Of a DNA stretch of 64,000 nucleotides, positions 53,114 through 63,245 are shown piece after piece. The position numbers and the translations under genes are program-made. Source of the stretch: Basidiobolus meristosporus CBS 931.73 (lineage: Eukaryota > Fungi > Basidiobolomycota); the NCBI GenBank assembly GCA_002104905.1, contig MCFE01000435.1:11608-75607 (forward strand), written 5' to 3'. The notes under the pieces are model-generated. The model did no database searches, was not told where the DNA came from, and saw nothing but the letters and a program-made list of their open reading frames with translations. The first letter of the stretch is position 1; every line of letters begins with the position of its first letter.

Positions 53114-53900
53114 TGTTGTGAATTTTGTATTCATATCTAAATACGCACTTAACTTAGTTACTTGGATCATAGCCAACAAACCTCAAGTAAATCCCAACAA
53201 GAAATTTGGCCAGTATTCTCTAAGATATTTCACCTAAATATTAGGTACCCAGGACATGAAAAAGCAACAAGTTGTCCCAACAGCCCTTTGTAATTGTATT
53301 CTACGTGTTTGCCTGCAAACACCACATAAAATTATAAATACAACTTTTACATTGAACGAGTCATTGAGTGAAAACCATCTATTCTATCTGTTTTCCCAAT
53401 TACTTCAAATTGTTATAAAAATTCGGAATTCCACCTAAATTTTCACCTAACTTAGTCACTTAGATCACTACCTACAAATCTTAGAGAATACTAACCAAAT
53501 CCCATGTTGGGATTTACTTGGAATATTTTCACCAAATAACAGGCACCCAGAACATGAAAATTAGATAGGTTGTCGAAACAGCCCCAAACTTTGCATATAT
53601 GCTCTTGGGACCTTCATAAACCTATTCTACATGTTTGTTATGCCAAGACCATGTAAAAGTATAAATACTACTTTTTCACTCAATAAATAAATAAGTGAAA
53701 ACCACATAATCTACTTGTCCTCCAAATCACTTCCAATATCTCCAAGACTCTTACAACACCAATGTCCCCAGATATTTTACAACAGGATGTGAGTGTTGAG
53801 TTGCCACTCTCTGGATTGCATGTTACCACTATTATAGACACTTTGCCTTCTGCTGAGAAGTTGGATAGATCTAATCATTTAGCCTAGAAGATGAAGTTGA
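53114..53900 (+). mobile_element. Degenerate copia 5' LTR-A plus gag start, interrupted by a second LTR-A
   Basis: LTR-like 53114-53410 resumes at 53759-53786, followed by AEKLDRSNH (compare AEKLDGSNY). Confidence 0.65.
53411..53758 (+). mobile_element. LTR-A solo LTR nested in another LTR-A
   Basis: TGTTA...CAACA, 348 bp, with flanks CAAAT/CCAAT. Confidence 0.8.
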
Positions 53901-54849
53901 TAATGATGTTGCCAGATTGTAGGCAGCACTGGAAGTGACTTGGAGACCCAGAAGAACTGCATGGTATACACTAGATATATATAGAGTTTGAAATAAAGTA
54001 TTTATACTTTCAGGAGAGCTTTGTATAGCTAATGATAGGAATGTCTCAAGGAAGGCCATAGGCAGCAGTTTTACAACTTTTGAGCCTTTTGGACAAGTAT
54101 GGAAACACCCATAACTTCCAGACCTTCATTGATTCTGAGAATTAGCCAGTATATTATAAACTAATGACAAGGTAAATGCCTCATAACTTAGCAATAAGCC
54201 AAGTATAATCTTACACCATATGAGTAGTTTGCGTATAAACTAGATAACCTTATCACACTCACTCAACTGCGGTGTATATGTAAATTAGTGTATATACACT
54301 CTGATACATATGCATATTGAGCAAACTAGCTAAACTGTAAGCAAGAATGGGACTAATATATTTTTGTAATATTCTGAGGAGTAGTGGAAGTGATACATAG
54401 AACTAGAGAATTAACATGTTGCTTACTTCTAGATTTATTGATCAGAAGTATGGTATTTATACTTTTGATAATATAGGGTAAACAAGCATTTAGAGTCAGT
54501 TAAGACAGATCCCAAGATTATGTGTGCAAAGCTTGGCGTCTAATGGACAGCTTTGAAAAGGTCATAATCTAGGTACCTGTTAATATGGTGAAAACATACA
54601 AAGTAAATTCCAAGAAGAAATTTGGTCAGGACAGAATGATCATCACAGAATAAGATCTGTGTGACTAAGTTAGCATGAATATCTAGGTGACAAATAATCT
54701 TAGTAGCATTAGCATCTATAGCATCAAGCTTGTGTATAAACTTTGCTACAAGAATCAACCATAGTTTACCAACTAGAATTGATGATAAAATTGCCAAGTA
54801 GTTACAACAACATATACATCTATAAGTAGCTAGCTTAGTGTTAATGAGA

Positions 54850-55900
54850 GCTCTCTAGTTAGACCTAAATGCTCACCTAACTTAGTCACTCAGATCATTC
54901 TTTGCAAATTTAAAGAATTCTGACCAAATTCCTTGTTAGAACTCATATGAAATATTTGGATCAATATATCAGGCACCCAGAGCATAAAAATATTAAAATT
55001 TTAATCCAACAAGACCATACTTTGTGTGCATGCTATTGGGACTTTCCTTAACATACTTGACATGCTTGCATTGCCAAGACTATAGAAAGTATTAATCCTA
55101 CTTTTTCACTCAAAAAATCATTTAGTGAAAACCACATAATAAACATATTCTACCAATCACTTCCAATATTTTCAGAGCTCTGACAAGAAGTTGTGGGCCC
55201 CATGCTGTCACCCTCTGGTATTTAAACTACTGCTATTGCTGGAGCTTGGACCTCTGCTGGCCAGTTGGACATATCTAACAACCAAGTCTAGAAGGTGAAG
55301 CCAAGATGCTGCTAGAGGAAAGCAAGCTCTGGAATAGAGTCATGAGAGAAAAATACCCTTTCAAAGGTGTAAGAGGAGAAGCTTTGAAGCACCTGAAGGA
55401 AGAATAATATTCCTTGAACTGCATTTGCCTTACTGTCAAATACAAATTGCTAGTTCAATGCACTAAAGCAAGAATGGTCAAGAATGCCTGGAAAGCATTA
55501 CAAAGCTCCTATCAGCCATGTTCAGCTGCTAAATATGTTTCTTATTAAGGCTTTTGAGACATGATATACCAGTTCTAGAGCATTTTAGCTCTTTGCCTGC
55601 CAAAGAGAACTTTTACTCAATATCAAGAGATTTCAACTGAGAAGGATTTCCTAGGAGACTTTGGAACATTTGATGCAGAAGCATGGGGAGTTATTTAAGT
55701 AAACATCTCAAGTAATGAAGAAAGCCATACACTTTCCTTCACAGAAGTACTCTATTGCCCAGAAATAGCCAAGAGCCCATTATCTGTATGCAAAGCCACA
55801 AAAGAAGGACACAGTTTCCATTTTGACATTGCTTGGTGCAGGATCACTAATCCAAATGGCACCCATATTGCTTTGTGTATCAGAGATCAGAATATATGCA
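54850..55900 (+). mobile_element. Highly degenerate copia remnant (LTR-A, PBS, gag)
   Basis: LTR-A-like sequence to about 55188, PBS-like AGTTGTGGGCCCCA at 55189-55202, then decayed gag-like sequence. Confidence 0.55.
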
Positions 55901-55942
55901 AGTTTACCTATACCACATCATACCTAGGAGTTAATATAAGTA

Positions 55943-56230
55943 CCCTATGAAAAATCTCAAACTTGGAATTCATCTGATTTTTAGCTGGTATTCTGCTGGT
56001 ATTCTAATGGAATCTTGCTGGTATTCAGCTGGCATTTTGGGTTCAAAGTTTCAAATGCAATTTTTGATGGAAGTAATGGGCAGCTAATTACCAAATTTGG
56101 TATGGATGCTAGTTTGCCTAGTCTCCTTGTGGAGAACCTGTTTGCTTGCCTGCCTATTGGCTCAGAGCAGAGATACTGAGAGTTATCATTTTTGAGAAAC
56201 TTGGAATTCAGCTGATATTATGATGGCATT
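55943..56230. mobile_element. MITE-C in reverse orientation
   Basis: Starts CCCTATGAAAAAT and is the reverse complement of the 34413-34733 family. Ends at TTAGGGG (56231). Confidence 0.65.
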
Positions 56231-56237
56231 TTAGGGG

Positions 56238-58242
56238 AGGGAAAGTCACCAAGTTGGTGAAACCTATATTTGAGTTAAGAACTAATCTAAGTACAAATAA
56301 AGAAGCCAATTAAGAGGTCTAGAACCTCTCTAATAAGTAATCTAATTTATGTTTTGTTTCATCTCTAATGTTTGTTTCAATAAAGTAAAGCTCATCAGGG
56401 GTAAATACAAAATTCAGGGATTTTGGGGGAAGTACAAATTGTAGATGTTTCTGATCAATATAATCCAAGACTGGAACCCAGCCTTGGATTAGGTGTAGTT
56501 GGAAAGGTGTGTGGACTTGTAAGTAGCTCTGCCACATAGATCTTAGATGGTCCTGAGCCAGTAGTCTTGGTTTCTCAGCTTTTTGATGTTTTGAGCAAGC
56601 TCTGTTACTACAGCAGAGCCAACCAGGGTGTGCCAGCAAGAAGATTTCAGGGAGGAGTTAGATTTAAGCCATTGTTTGATGGAGGGGTTATGTGATTTCT
56701 GAAGTTTGACTAGGAAGGAAGCATGGAGATAGACCATTTGGATTTGGTATGGGTAGAACACAAAGGCTCCATTAGTTGCATGGATATAGGGAGATGCTGG
56801 AAGATAAGCTACCAAGGATCTGATACACTGATGGAGAAATTTATCCAGGCGGTGAAGTTTTCTGGAGGTTAGGGGTATAATGTGGAGACCAAATTCAAGT
56901 ACTGGCAGTACATACTGCTTCAGAAGTATAGGGATCTTTTGAATTGGAGTGTCTGGAGTGACTACTATCAGAAGCTTTTTGAGAGCCTGTTGGGCAAGAT
57001 GGATTCTATTATTCAGGTGGAGCTTTGAGTCAATCCCATGTTGACAAAATGGCAGACCTAGATATATTGCAGTTTGTTGTGGCAGAATGCTAGTGTTCTG
57101 TATAGTTGTAGTGCACCCAATTGGGACTGTCTTGGAAATTGAGAGTGAGAGGTTGTTGGCAGCCAAGTACTTCTCAATGATGGCAGTGTCTGCTATGGGA
57201 TTAAGAGTAGCAATCTTGATATTAGACTTGTTCCGTTGGATAGTGCCACATTGAGCCATGAGTGCCAAATGATGCCATAGTGTGCCAGAGAGGTAAAGTG
57301 AGCCTATACTTGGCCACAGAGTGTGAAACATAGCTCAGCATCTTCATGCAAAGCAGCCCCTGTGTTTCACCCATTGTGCAGGAGAAAATCCATTTTTTGA
57401 CCTTTTTTTGTGGATCAATGTAGCTCAGGATGTGTAAGAGCACAGGAGAACTGAAGATATGCATCTGGTACTCAATACCCATGGCACTCTGAATCTAGCC
57501 CCTGTAGCTTGTATCATGTCACAAAAATGAATGGCACTATCTTGGTCCACTGGTACTATCTGGCACTATATTTAAATATTAGCCCTAAAGTAAGATCTAT
57601 ACAAAGCACGTATAGTGCCAGATAGTACCAGTGGACCAAGATAGTGCCATTCATTTTTGTGACATGATACAAGCTACAGGAGCTAGATTCAGAGTGCCAT
57701 GGGTATTGAGTACCAGATGCATACCTTCAATCTGCTTGTGCTCTAACACATCCTGCACAACATTGATTCAAAAAAAAAGGGCAAAAAATGGATTTTCTCC
57801 AGCACAATGGGTGAAACACAGGGGCTGCTTTGCATGAAGATGCTGAGCTATGTTTCACACTCTGTGGCCAGGTAGAGGCTCACTTGGCCTCTCTGGCACA
57901 CTACGGCATCATTTGGCACTCATGGCTCAATGTGGCACTATCCAACGGAACAAGTCTAATGTCTGCATAGAGAGTTAGCAGTGTATAGGGAGAGCCTGGT
58001 GAGGGGCCTTTTGGAAATAAAGGAAAGTTGTGTCGGAATACCACAAATAGTAAGGGACCTAGTACAGATCCTTAGACTACTCCATTTGGAACCTCATAAG
58101 TCTCTGATGTGCAACTTGGATGCAAAATTTTGGCTGAGTTCTCACAAAATAGAGAATGTACAAGAAGGGTCATTGGTAGTGTAGTAACTGCTAATAGCTT
58201 TCTCCAAAGCAGAGCTCTGTCCACAGAGTCAAAGGCTTTAGT
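56238..58242 (-). mobile_element. Telomeric non-LTR retrotransposon unit D (divergent subfamily, 5'-truncated, disrupted)
   Basis: TKAFDSVDRALLWRKL, PNGVV*GSVLG, NNLSLSISKTVP, YLGLPF and VLPVLEFGL parallel ORF 60125..62878. Shares the 3' stem-loop at 56246-56260. Confidence 0.85.
57223..57958. mobile_element. Foldback/MITE derivative of the TAGACTTG family (348-bp arms, 40-nt loop)
   Basis: Arms 57223-57570 and 57611-57958 are reverse complements with scattered mismatches. Termini match 582 and 10135. Splits the YAD(D) motif of unit D. Confidence 0.9.
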
Positions 58243-58250
58243 GGGGGGGG

Positions 58251-58553
58251 AGACAGTCACCAACAGGTGAAATCTTTATTTCAGTTGAAACACAGAAGCC
58301 AGCGCTACTGTTGTAGCTTTGATACAAGAGTGTGTAGCTGAGGGGAATTTGTAGGTAAGTTACTAAGAAGTGATGATAGCTCTTCAGTGCTCAAGACACT
58401 GTTCAGTGGGAAGGGGGGTAGCAAGAGAGGTAAGAATGACTTGTGAACAACATTAATGAGGGGAATGTGATAAGGATTGATATTCATCATATAGGGAGTG
58501 TGCTGCTGCAGATATTGCTGCCAAAGGTCTGTCAAGTAATTCGGGTAGGCCAG
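58251..58553 (-). mobile_element. Telomeric LINE unit C (3'-terminal 303 bp)
   Basis: Near-identical to 60071-60373. Preceded by G8 (58243-58250) and cut by LTR-B at 58554. Confidence 0.9.
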
Positions 58554-59025
58554 TGTCATGTTCACATGACAACCATGAACACCCATACCAAGTTTCAGCT
58601 TCCTAGCTCAATTTCTAAGAGATTCCTTCTGGAACCTTCTACCACCTTCCAGAAAGTTCCTGACCATTCCAAACCATTGTTACACAATGGAACATTCCGT
58701 GGAAGCTTCCCATTGTATTTTTCATAGTCCAGTACCATATATAGAAGTACCAGGTCACATGACTTAGTCACAGAATCAGGTGACCCAATCCATTTCCCCA
58801 TCCTGTCTCAGTGCTGTGTCATCTATGTCATTATCCCCAGCACCATTGCTGTGCCACACCCCACAACCCCATTAGTATTGGCTAATATCTCTTGGCATCA
58901 GTATAGCCAAAAAGTATATATAGTCCTATCCCCCCTTAAGTATTCCTCAGTCTGATAAACACAGGTCTTGAATAAACAGCCTTGCCTTAAATCCTGCCTT
59001 GCCTTGATGGTCCACACCTAAGTCC
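58554..59025 (-). mobile_element. LTR-B, truncated and capped with telomere repeats
   Basis: Reverse complement of about 20410-20880. The expected continuation (TTTCCTGCC) is replaced by TTAGGG at 59026. Confidence 0.85.
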
Positions 59026-59052
59026 TTAGGGTTAGGGTTAGGGCTTAGGGGG
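59026..59052 (+). repeat. Interstitial telomere tract (TTAGGG)3 CTTAGGG GG
   Basis: Read directly from the sequence. Confidence 0.95.
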
Positions 59053-60061
59053 AGACAGTCACCAACAGGTGAAATCTTTATTTCAGTTGAAACAAAGAAG
59101 CCAGCGCTACTGTTGTAGCTTTGATACAAGAGTGTGTAGCTGAGGGGAATTTGTAGGTAAGTTAATAAGAAGTGATGATAGCTCTTCAGTGCTCAAGACA
59201 CTGTTCAGTGGGAAGGGGGGTAGCAAGAGAGGTAAGAATGACTTGTGAACAACATTAATGAGGGGAATGTGATAAGGATTGATATTCATCATAAATGGAG
59301 TGTGCTGCAGCAGATATTGCTGCCAAAGGTCTGTCAAGTACTTCAGGTAGGCCAGCTTGGGTTTTTCTGACTGCAGAATAAAGTGAGCAAACTTCTTGAC
59401 TTCAGGATCTCCAAGTATAGTTCTCCAGCAGGAGTCAGGTGTAGTGTGGTGTGTTCTCTTCCAGGCCTTAATCAGTGGGTTGTTGCAGTTGTGAAGTCTG
59501 AGGTATAATCTGGTTCTAAGGTAGAGAAGTCTGATCTTATAGGGCATAAACCCAAAAGCACCAAGAATAGCATGTCTGTAGGGGCATTCAGGCAAATGAG
59601 GCACCAAGGAGGTAATGCACCATACTGCAAACTTGTCAAGCTTAGTGCAGTCTCTAGAAGTAAGAGAGAGAAGTGGTAAGCCAAATTCTAGGACAGGGAA
59701 GACAAACTGCTTGAGTAGAAGGAGGCAGCTGGGAGCTGAAGTTGTAGGAGAAGTAACAGCCAACAGCTTGTGGAGTGCCTGTCTTGCAAGGATAATTCTC
59801 TTCTTCAGGTGTGCTCCAGAGTCTAGTCCAGTAGGAAGGAAAGGAAAGCCAAGATATGTAGCAGAAACCTGAGCAGGTAGAGTGGAGTTCTCCAAGATGA
59901 TGGGAGAGCCCAAAGGTACTGTCTTTGCAATGGAAAGCTGAAGATTATTCTTCTGCAGATACTGGTGGATGGTCTGGGAGTCTTGTTGCACATTGGAGGA
60001 GGATATTCTGATCTCATCAGCAAAGAGAGTAACCAGGCAGTCAGCTGAGAGTCTTGGGAAA
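59053..60061 (-). mobile_element. Telomeric LINE unit B (5'-truncated, about 1 kb)
   Basis: Ten amino-acid differences from the last approximately 318 aa of unit A, including FADE for catalytic FADD. Confidence 0.92.
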
Positions 60062-60070
60062 GGGGGGGGG

Positions 60071-63000
60071 AGACAGTCACCAACAGGTGAAATCTTTATT
60101 TCAGTTGAAACAAAGAAGCCAGCGCTACTGTTGTAGCTTTGATACAAGAGTGTGTAGCTGAGGGGAATTTGTAGGTAAGTTAATAAGAAGTGATGATAGT
60201 TCTTCAGTGCTCAAGACACTGTTCAGTGGGAAGGGGGGTAGCAAGAGAGGTAAGAATGACTTGTGAACAACATTAATGAGGGGAATGTGATAAGGATTGA
60301 TATTCATCATAAAGGGAGTGTGCTGCTGCAGATATTGCTGCCAAAGGTCTGTCAAGTACTTCAGGTAGGCCAGCTTGGGTTTTTCTGACTGCAGAATAAA
60401 TTGAGCAAACTTCTTGACTTCAGGATCTCCAAGTATAGTTCTCCAGCAGGAGCCAGGCGTTGTGTGGTGTGTTCTCTTCCAGGCCTTAATCAGTGCGTTG
60501 TTACAGTGGTGAAGTCTGAGATATAATCTGGTTCTTAGGTAGAGAAGTCTGATCTTATAGGGCATAAACCCAAAAGCACCAAGAATAGCATGTCTGTAGG
60601 GGCATTCAGGCAAATGAGGCACCAAGGAGGTAATGCACCATACTGCAAACTTGTCAAGCTTAGTGCAGTCTCTAGAAGTAAGAGAGAGAAGTGGTAAGCC
60701 AAATTCCAGGACAGGGAAGACAAACTGCTTGAGTAGAAGGAGGCAGCTGGGAGCTGAAGTTGTAGGAGGAGTAACAGCCAGTAGCTTGTGGAGTGCCTGT
60801 CTTGCCAGGATAATTCTCTTCTTCAGGTGTGCTCCAGAGTCTAGTCCAGTAGGAAGGAAAGGAAAGCCAAGATATGTAGCAGAAACCTGAGCAGGTAGAG
60901 TGGAGTTCTCCAAGTTGATAGGAGCGCCCAAAGGTACTGTCTTTGCAATGGAAAGCTGGAGATTATTCTTCTGCAGATACTGCTGGATGGTCTGGGAGTC
61001 TTGTTGCACATTGGAGGAGGATATTCTGATGTCATCAGCAAAGAGAGTAACCAGGCAGTCAGCTGAGAGTCTTGGGAAGTCATTCAGGAAGATGGCAAAC
61101 AGTATAGGACCAAGCACAGAGCCTTGAACCACTCCATTAGGAACTGAGAACACAGCTGATTGCTCACTTGGGTGCAGAATTCTTGCTTGTGGATCCAGAA
61201 ACAGAGACCTGACAAGGAGGGTGAGAGAGGTGCTGGAGAAGCATTGCAACTTGGACCAAAGCAGATTTCTGTCAACTGAATCAAAGGCCTTAGTAATATC
61301 AAACAGAACAGAGGGATACTTGCACTGGAGAGAGTGATCTTGGCTAAGTATGACTGCATATTCCAAGGAGAGGCCAGGAACAAAGCCAAACTGTGCAGGA
61401 TGAAACTTGAGGGAGTCAGAGTAGAGCTCCTGAGCAAGCAGAAGCTCAAACACCTTTCTGCAGGTGGGCAGCAGAGATATTGGCCTGTAGGAGCTAGGAT
61501 CCAGGTGCTTTCCTTTACCCTTGTACAGTGGCAGAACATTTGCAAGGGACCATTCCTCAGGAGTAGAAAGCTGGGCTGAGCATTGCTGAAACAGTGGAAG
61601 CAGGAGTGCAGACATGGCCTTGGCACTAGTCTTCAGAAGCTCATGAGAGATTGTGTCCACACCTGGAGCAGTAGAGTTGGGAAGCCTCTTGAGCACATTA
61701 TGGATTCTCCTTTGATCAAGTGCAAGTGGGATGGGCAGAGTCTTGAAGTCAGGATGAAAGCCAGGAGTTGAGTACTGCTTTGTAGAGAAGAAGATGTTAG
61801 CCAGCTGTTCTGTTGAAGGTAACTTCCTGGAAGAGGGCCTCATTGCCCTGTAGAGTCTTGATACTGTTCTTGTTATAGAGTTGGAAGATTGCAGAGGCAA
61901 GGAACTCATAATATGATCCCAGAGCTGAGTATGCAGAGTGTGGTGAATTGCCTTGGAGTGGTGTATTGCTGTCAGGAGGAGTTTCTCTGTTTTTGGGTTA
62001 GGGAAACTCAGGTAGCTTTGTTGCAGGGCTGAAACAATGGATTCCCATTTTCTTGAGGTAACAGCAGTAGTCTTGCATGGCAATGAGAGGGAGGCAGACA
62101 CCAGAATCAGATGCTTCACAAAGAGCCAGGCATAGTTGAGATCATCTGGCAGAGAAAGTAGCAAACTGGCAAGCTTCAAGTAGTTCCCAAAGTCTTTCTT
62201 CTGATTCTTGGTAGCTTTGTGAGTGAGCACAGTAAGTTTTGGCAGCTTCTTCTTCACAACTGGTTGCATAGAAAGGGACCAGGCTGGATGGTCAGAGGCT
62301 CTCAAGGATCCTAGCTCAGCTCCAGAGAATTGCTTAACTTCATTCACAAAGTAGAGGGCAGCAGCAGAAGGGCAGATCCAGTCAACACATCTTTTCTCAG
62401 ATTGAGCACCTAGTGCTAGCAGGTGGCTTTCTCTCAGGAAGTTCAGTAGGAATGTAGACCTTGGCTTCATTCTTGCAGTCAGAGTAGTCTTGTTCTCAGG
62501 ATGGGGAATGTTGAGATCTCCAAGCAAGATAACAGGTGTTGATATAGATTGTTGGTATTGCTGAACCTTCTGGCATATAACTTGCACTTCTTGAAGGGCA
62601 AGACTTGGAGGCAGATAGCAGAGCACCAGACTGATAGTTGGCAACTGGAGAGCAGCACAGTAAGGGGAGTAAAGAGGAACACAGAGCTGAGGAGTATTGA
62701 TGGTAGAAGAGATGAAGCAGATAGAGGAGGTATTCTTTGTTCTAGGAGTAGAAAAGCAATATAGATTAGTCAAAAGTATAGAGGGTAGCTGGACATCAAT
62801 CAAACACAGGAGGGAAAATCTTGAAAGAAGTCTCTCTAGGGTTGGTCTTGATGGCTGTATGCTGTTGCAGTTAAGCAACAGAACTTCAGGTAGTCAGGCA
62901 GAGGTTGTAGCTTCTTCAGAGGCAGCATTAACAATGTGACCTGCAGAGTCCCAGAGCTCTTCAAATGGTGCATCACTTAAGTCAGCAAGGAGGGAAATGG

Positions 63001-63227
63001 CATGATTCTTGAGGAAGTATGCCACATCATAGGAGGGGCTTGTCTCTTAATGGCAGCAAAGAAAGACAGAATGGCAACATGGGCTGGAGGCTTGTTGAAC
63101 AGTAGAGAGTCAGAGGATTCAGATTCTTCAGGCACTATCTTGAAGTCAGTTTTCAGCCAGTTAAGGTTCTTCTCCACAAAGGTAACAAATGGGTCAGCAA
63201 TGTTTTGGTCTAGGATAACCTCCTGAA
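60071..63227 (-). mobile_element. Telomeric LINE unit A (ORF1 remnant, APE-RT ORF2, 3' UTR), 5'-truncated
   Basis: Bounded by G9 (60062-60070) and by GGGTTAGGGGTTAGGGGG (63228-63245). Confidence 0.92.
60125..62878 (-). CDS. APE-type endonuclease plus reverse transcriptase (non-LTR ORF2), 917 aa open frame from a TTG
   Basis: APE motifs LNCNS, YLPP, GDLN, VDWI, SDH. RT motifs YRPISLL, QFGF, FDITKAFDSVDR, GVVQGSVLGPILF, FADDI, YLG. No RNase H or CCHC seen. Confidence 0.93.
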   Translation of the reverse strand: MLNCNSIQPSRPTLERLLSRFSLLCLIDVQLPSILLTNLYCFSTPRTKNTSSICFISSTINTPQLCVPLYSPYCAALQLPTISLVLCYLPPSLALQEVQVICQKVQQYQQSISTPVILLGDLNIPHPENKTTLTARMKPRSTFLLNFLRESHLLALGAQSEKRCVDWICPSAAALYFVNEVKQFSGAELGSLRASDHPAWSLSMQPVVKKKLPKLTVLTHKATKNQKKDFGNYLKLASLLLSLPDDLNYAWLFVKHLILVSASLSLPCKTTAVTSRKWESIVSALQQSYLSFPNPKTEKLLLTAIHHSKAIHHTLHTQLWDHIMSSLPLQSSNSITRTVSRLYRAMRPSSRKLPSTEQLANIFFSTKQYSTPGFHPDFKTLPIPLALDQRRIHNVLKRLPNSTAPGVDTISHELLKTSAKAMSALLLPLFQQCSAQLSTPEEWSLANVLPLYKGKGKHLDPSSYRPISLLPTCRKVFELLLAQELYSDSLKFHPAQFGFVPGLSLEYAVILSQDHSLQCKYPSVLFDITKAFDSVDRNLLWSKLQCFSSTSLTLLVRSLFLDPQARILHPSEQSAVFSVPNGVVQGSVLGPILFAIFLNDFPRLSADCLVTLFADDIRISSSNVQQDSQTIQQYLQKNNLQLSIAKTVPLGAPINLENSTLPAQVSATYLGFPFLPTGLDSGAHLKKRIILARQALHKLLAVTPPTTSAPSCLLLLKQFVFPVLEFGLPLLSLTSRDCTKLDKFAVWCITSLVPHLPECPYRHAILGAFGFMPYKIRLLYLRTRLYLRLHHCNNALIKAWKRTHHTTPGSCWRTILGDPEVKKFAQFILQSEKPKLAYLKYLTDLWQQYLQQHTPFMMNINPYHIPLINVVHKSFLPLLLPPFPLNSVLSTEELSSLLINLPTNSPQLHTLVSKLQQ

Positions 63228-63245
63228 GGGTTAGGGGTTAGGGGG
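63228..63245 (+). repeat. Interstitial variant telomere tract GGG TTAGGGG TTAGGGGG
   Basis: Read directly from the sequence. Confidence 0.95.

Noticed and set aside
59107-60147. 346-aa ORF as a separate protein
   Set aside because: Read-through from the 3' UTR and C run of unit A into truncated unit B; alternative start codon and FADE instead of FADD.
60125-62878. MoTeR/Cnl1 (CRE-like) or Penelope-like element
   Set aside because: N-terminal APE motifs are present; I see no C-terminal REL, CCHC or GIY-YIG domain.
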